Below, in pieces: positions 37,633 to 46,937 of a stretch of DNA of 46,937 nt. The DNA comes from Wenzhouxiangella sp. (GTDB lineage: Bacteria > Pseudomonadota > Gammaproteobacteria > Xanthomonadales > Wenzhouxiangellaceae). Each line of letters opens with the position of its first letter. The stretch's first letter is position 1. A program made the position numbers and the translations under genes. The DNA lies in NCBI GenBank assembly GCA_007119095.1, contig SKQI01000010.1, forward strand, positions 1-46,937, read 5' to 3'. The notes under the pieces are model-generated. The model had not been told where the DNA came from. It searched no databases and saw nothing but the letters and a program-made list of their open reading frames with translations.

Positions 37633-39156
37633 CTATTCTGGTTTCGCCAGATCTTCAAGCATCGCCTTGAGGAAGCGAGCGGCTTCGCCGCCGGTGCAGG
37701 CACGATGGTCGAATGTCAGTGAAATCGGAATGATGCGATGGACTTCAATGCCACCCAGCACGGGTACCACTTCGTGGCGAAGCGCGCCAGCGGCGACGAT
37801 GGCTACGCAAGGGGGGGTGACCACTGGCGTTGCGTAGCGACCGGCAAACTTTCCGAAATTGGAAAGCACAATGGTGTAATCCTTCAAGTCCTCCGGGGGA
37901 ATCGAACGGTTGGCGGTGTTGTCTCGCAAGCGATTGATTTCCTGACGAATTTGCTGGCGATCGGCCTGGTTGACGTTGCGCAAGGCAGCAACGAAGAGTC
38001 CGTCCGCCGTATCCACGGCCATGCCCACATGCATGTTCTTGTGGATCATGCGCATGTTCTTTTCACCGTCGAACCAGGCATTCAGACCGGGTTCGGCCTG
38101 TGCGCCAGTCCATAGTGAGCGCAGCAGCCGGGCGGTGATGTCCTCACCGGCTCGCCAGGCGTGGATATCGGCATCGTCCATCAGGGTGGTCGGCACCACG
38201 TTCTTGTGCGACTCGCTCATGGCTCGGATCATGGTCCGGCGGGGCCCCCGAATGGGCTCCCATTCGCCGGATGCTGCAACAGGGGCCGGCGCACGGCTGG
38301 GGGCTGGCCGGCGTGCATCCGCATCGGCTCTGGTCGGGGCGGCTGGCTCCCGGCTGGTCCTGGCCGGTGTGTCGACGGCGGCGGTTCCGCGCTCGGCGGC
38401 GGCACGGACATCCTTCAAGGTCACAACACCATCATTGCCGGACGGCTGAACCCGGCTGATATCCACCTTGAGCTTGCGCGCCATGGCGCGCACCGCGGGT
38501 GTCACCTTGACACCACCGACGGTGCTGGTCCGCTCGCTGAGTACTTCATTCGAGCTTTGGACATTCCCGACAACGGTACCGGTATCTTCCCGCTGCTGGG
38601 GTTCCGGGCTGCCGGCTTGTTCAGCTTTTTCAGTAGCCGGTACGGTAGTGGCCTGGGGCTCTGGTTCTGGTTTCGGCTCAGTCGGAACGGTCGTTGCTGG
38701 CGACTCGTGGGCGCCTGAGTCCGGTTCTGGGGGAGTTGCTACCTCCTCATCTGCGTGTTGTGCGGCAGGTTGATCTTCCTGCGGCATTTGCTCGTCCTCA
38801 AGCGACGTGATGAAGGCAAATGCTTCTTCCTCTGCCGCCGCATCATCAGTCACTTCGTCGATGGAGGCGGGTTCCATCGTGTCTTCTGGAGCGGGAGCAT
38901 CGGCTTCCGGCTCGCTTTCGCCATCGACCTGAAACTCGCACAGCGGCGCGCCGGTCTGGATGACATCACCGGCCCGACCGTGAAGCTTGACGATGCGACC
39001 GGAGTAGGGACTGGGTACTTCGACCACCGCCTTGGCGGTTTCCATCGAAACCATCGGTTGATCCAGTTCGACCGGGTCACCTTCCTTGACCAGCCATTCG
39101 ACGATTTCGGCATCCGGCAAACCTTCACCGAGATCCGGCAGATTGAAAACTTTCAT
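37633..39156 (-). CDS. 2-oxoacid dehydrogenase E2 (dihydrolipoamide acyltransferase)
   Basis: Lipoyl domain LPDLGEGL..METAKAVVEV, binding domain TPAVRAMARKL, catalytic SLTFDHRACTG. Confidence 0.92.
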   Translation of the reverse strand: MKVFNLPDLGEGLPDAEIVEWLVKEGDPVELDQPMVSMETAKAVVEVPSPYSGRIVKLHGRAGDVIQTGAPLCEFQVDGESEPEADAPAPEDTMEPASIDEVTDDAAAEEEAFAFITSLEDEQMPQEDQPAAQHADEEVATPPEPDSGAHESPATTVPTEPKPEPEPQATTVPATEKAEQAGSPEPQQREDTGTVVGNVQSSNEVLSERTSTVGGVKVTPAVRAMARKLKVDISRVQPSGNDGVVTLKDVRAAAERGTAAVDTPARTSREPAAPTRADADARRPAPSRAPAPVAASGEWEPIRGPRRTMIRAMSESHKNVVPTTLMDDADIHAWRAGEDITARLLRSLWTGAQAEPGLNAWFDGEKNMRMIHKNMHVGMAVDTADGLFVAALRNVNQADRQQIRQEINRLRDNTANRSIPPEDLKDYTIVLSNFGKFAGRYATPVVTPPCVAIVAAGALRHEVVPVLGGIEVHRIIPISLTFDHRACTGGEAARFLKAMLEDLAKPE

Positions 39157-40133
39157 GAGACCTCCAGTACCTGGTTGACAGCGTGCAGGATGCGCTTGAC
39201 GCTCGGCATATACTTCATTTCGTTGCGGTAGAGCGGCATGACGGTATCGTAACCGCAGACCCGCTTGACGGGTGCTTGCAGGCTCCAGATGCCGGCGTCG
39301 GCCAGGTTCGCCGCAATTTCACCGGCGACGCCGCAGTGCCTGGGGGCTTCCTGGACAATGACGCAGCGCCCGGTCCGCTCGACCGACTCGATGATGGTAT
39401 CCATGTCGATCGGGCTCAACGTGGCTACATCGATGACTTCGGCGCTGACGCCTTTCTGCTCCAGCTGATCCGCCGCTTGCAGGGTTTCCTTGACCATCGC
39501 GCCCCAGGTCACCAGGGTCACGTCCTTGCCGTCGCGCAGGGTGAAGCAGACATCCAGCGGCAATTCTTCACCGTCGTCCTCCACCTCTTCGCGCTGCCAG
39601 CGGTAAATCCGCTTGGGCTCCATGTAGATTACCGGGTCCGGGTCGCGAATCGCGGCCAGCAGCAGCCCGTAGGCGCGTGAGGGCGATGAGGGCATGACCA
39701 CGCGAATGCCGGGCATGTGCGCAAACAGCGCTTCCGGGCTCTCGGAGTGATGCTCGGGAGCATGAATGCCGCCACCGGTCGGGAAGCGCAACACCATCGG
39801 GCAGCTCAGGCGTCCGCGTGTTCGGTTGCGCATGCGACCTGCGTGGCACATCAGGTGGTCGATCATCGGCATCGTGAAACCGCAGAACTGGGCTTCAGCG
39901 ACCGGCTTGATGCCCTGGGTTGACATCCCCACGGTCATGCCGGCGATCATTACTTCGGCCAGCGGCGTATCAATGACACGTTCGTCACCAAAGCGCTGCT
40001 GCAGGCCGGCCGTTGCCCGAAACACACCGCCATTGATGCCCACGTCTTCGCCCAGTACGACCACGGCAGGGTCTTCCTCCATGGCTCGGGCCAGCGCCAT
40101 CGTGACGCCTTCGATCAGGGTGATTTTCGCCAT
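39153..40133 (-). CDS. 2-oxoacid dehydrogenase E1 beta subunit
   Basis: GEDVGINGGVFRAT, DTPLAE, GGGIHAPEHHSES. Confidence 0.95.
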   Translation of the reverse strand: MAKITLIEGVTMALARAMEEDPAVVVLGEDVGINGGVFRATAGLQQRFGDERVIDTPLAEVMIAGMTVGMSTQGIKPVAEAQFCGFTMPMIDHLMCHAGRMRNRTRGRLSCPMVLRFPTGGGIHAPEHHSESPEALFAHMPGIRVVMPSSPSRAYGLLLAAIRDPDPVIYMEPKRIYRWQREEVEDDGEELPLDVCFTLRDGKDVTLVTWGAMVKETLQAADQLEQKGVSAEVIDVATLSPIDMDTIIESVERTGRCVIVQEAPRHCGVAGEIAANLADAGIWSLQAPVKRVCGYDTVMPLYRNEMKYMPSVKRILHAVNQVLEVS

Positions 40134-41233
40134 CAGTGGTGGCCTCCGTCTTCAGGGAACTGCTCGGCGTAGGCGCGTTGTTCAACCAGATCATGCGGCA
40201 GCTCCTGGTACATGTAATCGAACATGGCCGTGACCGGCTGCGGATCGTTCTGAACCGTGTCGATGTACTCGTCGGCAGCCTGCTGGACGAATTGTGTGCA
40301 TTCGTTGACCAGCTCCTGTTCACGCTGCTCATCCCATGCGCCCTGATCGATCAGGTAGCGTCGCAGACGCTTCAGCGGTTCTTTTTCCGCGGCCTGGTCG
40401 ACTTCTTCCTGGGGGCGATATCGGCGTGCGTCATCTGCCGTGGTGTGGTCGCTGAGACGATAGGTCAGCATTTCGATGACGAATGCGCCTTTGCCAGCAC
40501 GGGCGGCGGAGATCGCTTTCTCCATCGCCCACAGGCAGGCAATCAGGTCGTTGCCGTCAACCTGAATGCTGGGCAGGCCGCCGGCGATACCCTTCTGTGC
40601 CAGTGTCGAGGCAGTGTTCTGCTTGGAACGCGGCACCGAGATGGCCCATTGATTGTTGACGATGACCAGCACCAGCGGCAGTTTCCAAGCGCTGGCGGCA
40701 TTGATGGCCTCGAGGAAGTCGCCTTTCGACGATCCGCCGTCGCCGACAATGGATACGGCTACCCGCTCCTCGTTCTTGAGCTTGTAGGCCATCGCTGCCC
40801 CGGCTGCGTGCAGGCATTGGGTCGCAATGGGAACGCACCAGGCGAAGTCATGGCGCGGGCTGGAGAAGTCGTTGCCACGCTCGTCGCCACCCCAGTATAG
40901 GAGTACTTCCGACATCTTGACCCCGCGATAGAACTGCGCACCGTACTCACGATACATCGGTGCCAGGCAGTCTTCCTCGCGCATGGCAGCGCCGATGGCG
41001 ACATGCGCGGCCTCATGCCCGAGGCTGGAAGCGTAGGTGCCGAGCTTGCCGGTTCGCTGCAGGGCAATGGCCTTCTTGTCGAATGCCCGGGTCAGGGTCA
41101 TCAACCGATACAAATCGGTCAGCCGGTCGAAATCCCTGGCGACCGCCGGCACGTGCTGCTCGTCGAGCAACTTGCCGTCTTCGCCAAGGAACTGAAAGTG
41201 ATCCACCTTGAAAGCGGCGACTGTCCGCGCCAT
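40133..41233 (-). CDS. 2-oxoacid dehydrogenase E1 alpha subunit (PDH/BCKDH type)
   Basis: ALQRTGKLGTY, TPP motif GDG...NNQWAIS, YRLSDHTTADD; GAGG SD before ATG 41233. Confidence 0.95.
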   Translation of the reverse strand: MARTVAAFKVDHFQFLGEDGKLLDEQHVPAVARDFDRLTDLYRLMTLTRAFDKKAIALQRTGKLGTYASSLGHEAAHVAIGAAMREEDCLAPMYREYGAQFYRGVKMSEVLLYWGGDERGNDFSSPRHDFAWCVPIATQCLHAAGAAMAYKLKNEERVAVSIVGDGGSSKGDFLEAINAASAWKLPLVLVIVNNQWAISVPRSKQNTASTLAQKGIAGGLPSIQVDGNDLIACLWAMEKAISAARAGKGAFVIEMLTYRLSDHTTADDARRYRPQEEVDQAAEKEPLKRLRRYLIDQGAWDEQREQELVNECTQFVQQAADEYIDTVQNDPQPVTAMFDYMYQELPHDLVEQRAYAEQFPEDGGHH

Positions 41234-41320
41234 GTCTCTACCTCGTCGGTTTGAATCCGTCTGGAATTTCGCGAGCCCTGCCATCTTGATTTCAATTCGG
41301 TGGCTTGGGGCAAGCCCGCT

Positions 41321-41349
41321 ATTATACGCTGCATGACGGGGGAGGTTAA
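41321..41349 (-). promoter_or_regulatory. sigma70-like promoter of the E1a-E1b-E2 cluster
   Basis: Minus strand TTAACC-N17-TATAAT. Confidence 0.55.
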
Positions 41350-41382
41350 ACTTCCGCCCTGATCAGATTGAGCTGTGGAGCC

Positions 41383-42231
41383 ATGTCAACGACCGATAAT
41401 CAGCGCGAGCTGGAATCCTCGATAACAACAGATCTTGCCGACCGGCTGGATTACTCCAGCTACCTTCGTCTCGACCGCATCCTGGATGCGCAAACCCTGC
41501 TATCCGACCCTCCGCACCACGATGAGTTGCTGTTCATCATTCAGCATCAGACCAGCGAGCTCTGGTTCAAGCTGGTGATCCACGAACTGCAGGCGGCCAT
41601 TCGTCAGCTGATCGAAGATGACCCGGGGCCCTGCATGAAAATTCTGGCCAGGGTCAAGCTGGTGCAGCAGCAGCTATTCAATCAATGGGCCGTGCTGGAA
41701 ACGCTGACCCCAAGTGAATACCGGGAGTTTCGTGACCGGCTGGGCGACTCCTCCGGTTTCCAGTCCTGGCAGTATCGGCTGGTCGAATTCCTGCTTGGCA
41801 ACAAGAACCCGCAGATGCTGAAGCTGTTTGACCATGATGGACAGGCGCGCGACCGTCTGCAGCGCGCGCTGGAGTCTCCAAGCATTTACGATGAGTTTCT
41901 GCGCTACCTTCACCGTCGCGGCCACGCAGTGCCCGAAGCGCTGGTTGAACGCGACTGGTGCGTGGCGCATCGCCGCACCCCTGAGCTGGTGCCGGTCTTC
42001 GTCAATATTTATCGCAACACCGAGCGCTACTGGGATGAGTACGCCTTGTGCGAGCGATTGGTCGATGTGGAGGAGTCGTTTCAGTTATGGCGCTTTCGGC
42101 ACCTTAAAACGGTCGAGCGTATCATCGGTTTCAAAAGGGGGACGGGCGGCTCAAGTGGTGTCGGCTTTCTGAAGCAGGCGCTGGAGCTGACTTTCTTTCC
42201 AGAATTGCTGGATGTGCGCACGGAGCTCTGA
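41383..42231 (+). CDS. kynA: tryptophan 2,3-dioxygenase
   Basis: [57 protein letters not shown]; GGAG SD. Confidence 0.96.
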   Translation: MSTTDNQRELESSITTDLADRLDYSSYLRLDRILDAQTLLSDPPHHDELLFIIQHQTSELWFKLVIHELQAAIRQLIEDDPGPCMKILARVKLVQQQLFNQWAVLETLTPSEYREFRDRLGDSSGFQSWQYRLVEFLLGNKNPQMLKLFDHDGQARDRLQRALESPSIYDEFLRYLHRRGHAVPEALVERDWCVAHRRTPELVPVFVNIYRNTERYWDEYALCERLVDVEESFQLWRFRHLKTVERIIGFKRGTGGSSGVGFLKQALELTFFPELLDVRTEL

Positions 42232-42380
42232 AGGGCCAGCCTGAATCGCCACAGTGTAGACGCCCGGTCGACTGAAAGGGCTATCCCGATCATTTTTGGC
42301 GGTTTTTTGCAGTTCGCGGAAACCTACTTGTTGTGCCATAATCGAGCGTCCAAACAACCAAAATGACGGGGATTTTCAAT

Positions 42381-45269
42381 ATGAGGCGACTACTGTTGTT
42401 CGCGGTCGGGCTTTGCGCCGCCGCCGCTCTGCAAGCGCAGGTATCGGTGCCGCGCCTGGGTTCGGATGTGACCGTATTCACCGATGCCAACGGCATTCCG
42501 ACCATCGTCGGTGAAACCGAGGCTGATGTGACCTTCGTGCAGGGTTATCTGCATGCAGCCGATCGTTTCTTCCAGATGGATTTTCTGCGCCGGGCTGCCA
42601 GTGGCACGCTGGGCGAGCTGGTCGGCCAGCCGGCGCTGGCCAACGACATCCAGCTGCGAACGCTGGGCCTGCGCCGGGCCGCATGGGCAACCTATACCCG
42701 GCTTGGTCCCGTTGAAAAGGCCTGGCTGAAGGCGTATGCCGATGGCGTCAATCATTTCCTGGCGACCAACCCTCTGCCCCCGGAGTACGGCGCAGCACTC
42801 GAGCTGACCACGGCCGAGCCCTGGTCGCCGGTCGATTCGCTGGTCATCGGCAAGCTGCTGGCTTTCCAGCTGTCATTTGACCAAAGCCTGTCGGCGATTG
42901 GCAACACCGTTCGGATCGGCACCTACCAGGCGGTCGGTGATGCCGTCGGCTTTGATGGTACGGCCCTGTTCCTGCAGGATCTGAATCTGACTATTCCGGT
43001 CGATGGCCGGGTCAGCATTCCGGACTTTTTCGAGCGCATCGGCATCATCGTGCCGGGTGCCGAGGACAGCCAGGCCGAGCAGGTTGAGGTTGCCGCATTG
43101 GCCGGTGTTGACGGTGAGCGTCAGGCCGCGCTGGATGCCGACCGTTCCCTGGTCGACAACATGGCACGTTTTGACGACGTCACGGTAGAACTGGGGCGGC
43201 GTTATCTTGACCGCGTTGAAGGGCTGCCGATCCTGAACGAGGGTCTTGATCTGGGCTCGAACTGGTGGGCTGTTTCCGGCGAGCACACCGAGTCTGGCTT
43301 CCCCCTGTTTGCCAACGATCCGCACCTCGGGCTGACAGTGCCACCGATTTTTATGAACGAAAACCTGGTAATACGTGATGACAGCCTGACTGTCAGCGGT
43401 GTGGTGTTCCCCGGCGCGCCGGTTCATGCGCAAGCTTGCACTGACTTCTTCTGCTGGGGCTCTACCGTCAACCGGCTCGATGTTACCGACGTTTTTCAGG
43501 ATCCGATTCTGGTCAACAACTTCGGTTTGCCCACGCATACCGTCCATCAAGGACAACCCGAACCCATCATTTATGCCTTCCAGACATATTTTCTGAATAC
43601 TCCGGGCAACGGTGTCATGGACGATGTCAACCGGGCAAGCGTTGGCTATGACGCCGGTGGCATCACTTTCATCGTTCCCCGCCGCAACAATGGTCCGATT
43701 CTCGAGCTGATGGATGATACGGCACTGACGGTGCAGTACACGGGCTGGGGCGCTACCTTCGAATTGTCAGCATTTCGCAGCTGGGCGCGGTCTCGTAGTC
43801 TGGATGATTTCGTTGCGGGTTTGCCGGACTTTGCATTCGGTTCCCAGAACTTCCTGTACGCCGATATTGAAGGCAACATTGCCTATTTCATCGGCGGCGA
43901 AGTGCCGCTTAGAGCTGACTTGCAGAACGATCTGATGCCTGATGGCGGTCGCCCACCCTGGTTTATCCGCGATGGCAGTGGTGATCTCAATCACGAATGG
44001 CTGATCGCAGATGAGCCGCAGCCTGGGCAGGCAACACCTTATGCCTTGATCCCGCGCGAGGAAATGCCGCAGATCATCAATCCGCCCTGGGGCTACCTGG
44101 CCAACGCCAACAACGACCCGGTTGGAACTTCGCTGGATGGTAATCCCCTCAGCCAGCTGCGGCCCGGCGGCAACGGCATCTATTATTTGAATACCTTTTA
44201 TTCCGACCTGCGTCAGGGCAGGGTTGATCGGGTCTTGCAGGATCTGGTTGCCCGAGGCGATGTCACCATTGACGACATGAAAGAGCTACAGGCCAACAAT
44301 CAGCTGCTGGACGCTGAACTGCTGCTGCCTTTCCTTCTGCAAGCTTTTGGCAATGCCGTTGATGAGAGCGCTCACCCGGCGCTTGCCGCGATCGGCGCCG
44401 ATGAGCGTATTCAGGAAGCCATGACTCGTCTCGCCGCTTGGGATTTCTCTACGCCAACCGGGCTTGAGGGTGGGTTCGATCCAGGCGGCGACCCGACCGG
44501 AAACAGCACGCCGACTGCTGAGCAGATCGCAGCCAGCGTGGCGGCCACGATCTACAGTGTCTGGCGCGGCGAAGTGATTGCCAACACCATCGACGCCACC
44601 CTGACGGCGGTCGGCCTGGGCGATGCACTGCCAGGGCAAAAAACAGCTTGGCGTGCGCTGGTCAATCAGCTCCGATTGTTCCCATTGACCCAAGGGCAGG
44701 CGGCATCGGGGTTGACCTACTTCAACGTGCCTGCATTACCGGACCTGGCGCCTGCCGACGCCCGCGACATCGTTCTCCTGGCTTCCTTGCAAAATACGCT
44801 GGATCGATTGGCATCGGATGATTTTGCAGCCGCATTTGCCAATTCGACTGATCAGAACGACTACCGTTGGGGCAAATTGCACCGCGTGGAGTTCGACCAT
44901 CCGCTCGATACGGCACCGTTCAACGTGCCACCGGCCGGTGGTTTCACGCCGGCCGTTGATGGACTGCCTGGCGTTGCCAGAGCCGGCGGTTTCGAAGCCG
45001 TCGATGCGTCTAGCCACAGTTCCCGGGCCCGCAACGTCAACAGCTTCATGTTCGGCAGCGGTGCGGCCCGCCGCAACGTTGCCGAGTTGACTCCGGATGG
45101 CCCGCAGGCCGAGGAAATCATTCCTGGGGGTCGCAGCGGGATTTTCCTCAGCCCCCTCTACACCAACCAGCTTCGCGGCTGGCTGGTCAATGATTATTTG
45201 CCGCTGAATATCGGTGAGGACGCTGCAGAGGGAAGCGCTGCGCAGGTAGTGACCTTCTCGCCGCAGTAA
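42381..45269 (+). CDS. secreted penicillin acylase family Ntn-hydrolase (S45; penicillin G/AHL acylase-like)
   Basis: Signal peptide MRRLLLFAVGLCAAAALQA; GYLHAADRFFQMD; nucleophile GSNWWAVSG; ANDPHL; ANANN; YRWGKLH. Confidence 0.9.
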   Translation: MRRLLLFAVGLCAAAALQAQVSVPRLGSDVTVFTDANGIPTIVGETEADVTFVQGYLHAADRFFQMDFLRRAASGTLGELVGQPALANDIQLRTLGLRRAAWATYTRLGPVEKAWLKAYADGVNHFLATNPLPPEYGAALELTTAEPWSPVDSLVIGKLLAFQLSFDQSLSAIGNTVRIGTYQAVGDAVGFDGTALFLQDLNLTIPVDGRVSIPDFFERIGIIVPGAEDSQAEQVEVAALAGVDGERQAALDADRSLVDNMARFDDVTVELGRRYLDRVEGLPILNEGLDLGSNWWAVSGEHTESGFPLFANDPHLGLTVPPIFMNENLVIRDDSLTVSGVVFPGAPVHAQACTDFFCWGSTVNRLDVTDVFQDPILVNNFGLPTHTVHQGQPEPIIYAFQTYFLNTPGNGVMDDVNRASVGYDAGGITFIVPRRNNGPILELMDDTALTVQYTGWGATFELSAFRSWARSRSLDDFVAGLPDFAFGSQNFLYADIEGNIAYFIGGEVPLRADLQNDLMPDGGRPPWFIRDGSGDLNHEWLIADEPQPGQATPYALIPREEMPQIINPPWGYLANANNDPVGTSLDGNPLSQLRPGGNGIYYLNTFYSDLRQGRVDRVLQDLVARGDVTIDDMKELQANNQLLDAELLLPFLLQAFGNAVDESAHPALAAIGADERIQEAMTRLAAWDFSTPTGLEGGFDPGGDPTGNSTPTAEQIAASVAATIYSVWRGEVIANTIDATLTAVGLGDALPGQKTAWRALVNQLRLFPLTQGQAASGLTYFNVPALPDLAPADARDIVLLASLQNTLDRLASDDFAAAFANSTDQNDYRWGKLHRVEFDHPLDTAPFNVPPAGGFTPAVDGLPGVARAGGFEAVDASSHSSRARNVNSFMFGSGAARRNVAELTPDGPQAEEIIPGGRSGIFLSPLYTNQLRGWLVNDYLPLNIGEDAAEGSAAQVVTFSPQ

Positions 45270-45291
45270 ACACCGCGGGGTTTTTTCTGAT

Positions 45292-45325
45292 AAACCGCAC
45301 CTCTCGGCCGGGGGGTGCGGTTTTT
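45292..45325 (+). terminator. Rho-independent terminator after the acylase gene
   Basis: AAACCGCACC...GGTGCGGTTT stem followed by a T run. Confidence 0.8.
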
Positions 45326-45382
45326 GGGTATTAGTGGAAGTCTCGGGTGCGCTGACGCTGCCCTGATTTCTCGACGGCATGA

Positions 45383-45410
45383 CTTGAAAGCAGCTCGCCT
45401 GGTAGCCATT
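45383..45410 (+). promoter_or_regulatory. sigma32-like promoter upstream of the SecB-like gene
   Basis: CTTGAAA-N14-AGCCATT; same spacer as the dnaK promoter. Confidence 0.5.
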
Positions 45411-45440
45411 GAACTAGATTGAACGCCATCGGACAATGTC

Positions 45441-45893
45441 ATGATCAATCTTCTCGAGCGCTTCGCACTCGCCCATACCCAGGTCACTCGTCTGAACGCC
45501 GATCTGACCGAGATCGTGCCCCCGGATCAGAAATTCAGCGCAAAGGTTGAGCTGAAATTGACCCCCAGGGAAATGCCGACCGATCAGGGGGTGCACCAGT
45601 TTCAGGTAACCGCGCGCATGCTGTGCCGGGGCAGCCGCGAGGCTGATTCTCCGGACAAGTCCCTGTTTACCATCGAGCTGGTCATGCAGGCGGTCTACCG
45701 ACAGTTCGCGGGAGAAACGCTCTCCTTTGAAAGCTTTTCTCAGAACCATGGTTCGCTCACGCGCCAGCTTTATCCATTGATGCACCACCAGCTGCAGCCG
45801 GTGTTCAAACAGTTTGGGCTTGATCAGGTGCGCCTGCCTTACGACCTCTTCAACCAATCTAAGGAACAGGCTCCTCAACGCCAGGTTCATTGA
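45441..45893 (+). CDS. divergent SecB-like protein
   Basis: 150 aa; beta-rich N-terminal half, LFTIELVMQAVY and LYPLMHHQL....FG...VRLP resemble SecB AFLCEVQQ.GIF / LFPYARE...RG..PQL.L. Confidence 0.55.
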   Translation: MINLLERFALAHTQVTRLNADLTEIVPPDQKFSAKVELKLTPREMPTDQGVHQFQVTARMLCRGSREADSPDKSLFTIELVMQAVYRQFAGETLSFESFSQNHGSLTRQLYPLMHHQLQPVFKQFGLDQVRLPYDLFNQSKEQAPQRQVH

Positions 45894-45953
45894 CCAGAGC
45901 GTCGCGTGCTGAGAGAATCAACGCTGCCTCTGCGAATGCCATAGGATCCGCTC

Positions 45954-46937
45954 TTGTCTACCGCTCGACGTGAACCGATCTCCAAGGTCGATACCGCCTG
46001 GTTGCGTATGGAGCAGCCGACCAACCTGATGATGATCACCGGGGTGATCGTGCTCTCCGAGCCGGTCGATTTCCAGCACTTCAAGGACATTATCAGCAAC
46101 CGTTTTCTGGCTTTTCCTCGCTTTCGTCAAAAAGCGGTTGACCACGTCCGGGGTTGCTGGTGGGAAGAAGATGAAAACTTCGAAATCAGTTCCCACGTCC
46201 GCCGCATTGCCCTGCCTGGAAAGGCCGGCAAGGCCGAGCTGGAAGAGTTCGTATCTGAACTGGCATCCACCCCGCTAGACAAGACCAAGCCCCTGTGGCA
46301 GTTCCACCTGGTCGAGAACTACAAGGACGGGCCTGCGGTGGTTTCCCGCATCCATCATTGCTATGCCGACGGCATTGCGCTGGTTCAAGTGCTGCTGTCG
46401 TTGACAGAGCGCAGTGTTGAGGCCTCAGAGCGCCTGGTTTCACAGGAACGCTGGAAGGAGCGACGAGCGGCCGAGTCCAACATATTTCGCCGCCTGATGG
46501 CGCCGGCGAAAGAGGGCCTGGACGCCGTTCAGCATGTCAGCCAGAAGGTCCTCGAAGAAGCTTTGCACCTGGTTCGCGAACCGCATCTGGCCCAGGACTA
46601 TGCCGTTGGTGCTGGACAGATCATGACCGAACTGGCCACAGCGCTGCTTTTGGAAGATGATCCGCCGTCACGTTTCAAGGGGCAGGTCGGTGTGCGCAAG
46701 AAGGTGGCGTTGGCCAAGCCCATCGCGCTGGAGGAGGTCAAGGCTGTCGGCAAGGCACTGGGCTGTACCGTCAATGATGTCCTGATTGCGGTCATGACAG
46801 GTGCCTTGCACCGCTACCTGGTCGAGAGCGGTGATGACCCTTCCGAGCTGACGATGCGAGCGACCGTGCCGGTGAATTTGAGGCCGTTGGAGCATGCCCG
46901 GGATCTTGGTAATCACTTCGGACTGGTTTTTCTGGAT
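45954..46937 (+). CDS. wax ester synthase / diacylglycerol acyltransferase (WS/DGAT), 3' truncated
   Basis: Not in ORF track. TTG 45954 after AGGA (in-frame stop at 45942); VDTAWLRMEQPTNLMMITG, PLDKTKPLWQFHL, catalytic RIHHCYADG, GCTVNDV, VPVNLRP; open to window end. Confidence 0.92.
   Translation, partial: MSTARREPISKVDTAWLRMEQPTNLMMITGVIVLSEPVDFQHFKDIISNRFLAFPRFRQKAVDHVRGCWWEEDENFEISSHVRRIALPGKAGKAELEEFVSELASTPLDKTKPLWQFHLVENYKDGPAVVSRIHHCYADGIALVQVLLSLTERSVEASERLVSQERWKERRAAESNIFRRLMAPAKEGLDAVQHVSQKVLEEALHLVREPHLAQDYAVGAGQIMTELATALLLEDDPPSRFKGQVGVRKKVALAKPIALEEVKAVGKALGCTVNDVLIAVMTGALHRYLVESGDDPSELTMRATVPVNLRPLEHARDLGNHFGLVFLD

Noticed and set aside
42297-42311. Possible sigma54 promoter TGGC...TTGCA upstream of the acylase
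   Set aside because: GG to GC spacing is 9 nt, not the required 10
1-46937. CRISPR arrays, tRNA/rRNA genes, transposases, prophage or defence genes
   Set aside because: No spaced direct repeats, cloverleaf-like intergenic sequences or matching protein motifs seen; the many remaining overlapping ORFs in the track are GC-rich shadow frames

Overview
GC-rich, densely coding chromosomal segment of a gammaproteobacterium. The gene order is Xanthomonadales-like and many proteins have acidic low-complexity tails, which suggests a marine or saline lineage such as Wenzhouxiangella (inference only). It is mostly core genome: partial mdh, ratA-rnfH, bamE/fur, recN, grpE-dnaK-dnaJ-dapB (no hrcA), rne/rluC, lolCE-lolD-comEC-exbBD-msbA-lpxK-kdsB-LMW-PTP-uvrC-pgsA, ygfZ, an sdh operon, mtgA, pilU, rimB/rimK, a 2-oxoacid dehydrogenase E1a/E1b/E2 cluster, kynA, a penicillin-acylase-family Ntn hydrolase, a SecB-like gene and a partial WS/DGAT. 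No rRNA, tRNA, CRISPR array, transposase or phage gene was seen. Highlights: (1) a bacterial homolog of the eukaryotic ER glucosyltransferase ALG10/DIE2, paired with a DUF4126 gene behind an apparently leaderless promoter and convergent on an orphan pilU across a ~150-bp palindromic element; (2) a 55-aa SDHAF4/DUF1674 gene missed by the ORF track at the head of the sdh operon; (3) a divergent SecB-like gene with a sigma32-like promoter upstream of a wax ester synthase; (4) a ComEC with a degenerate nuclease domain; (5) a very long structured rne leader. All family calls come from motif recognition by eye, not from database searches.
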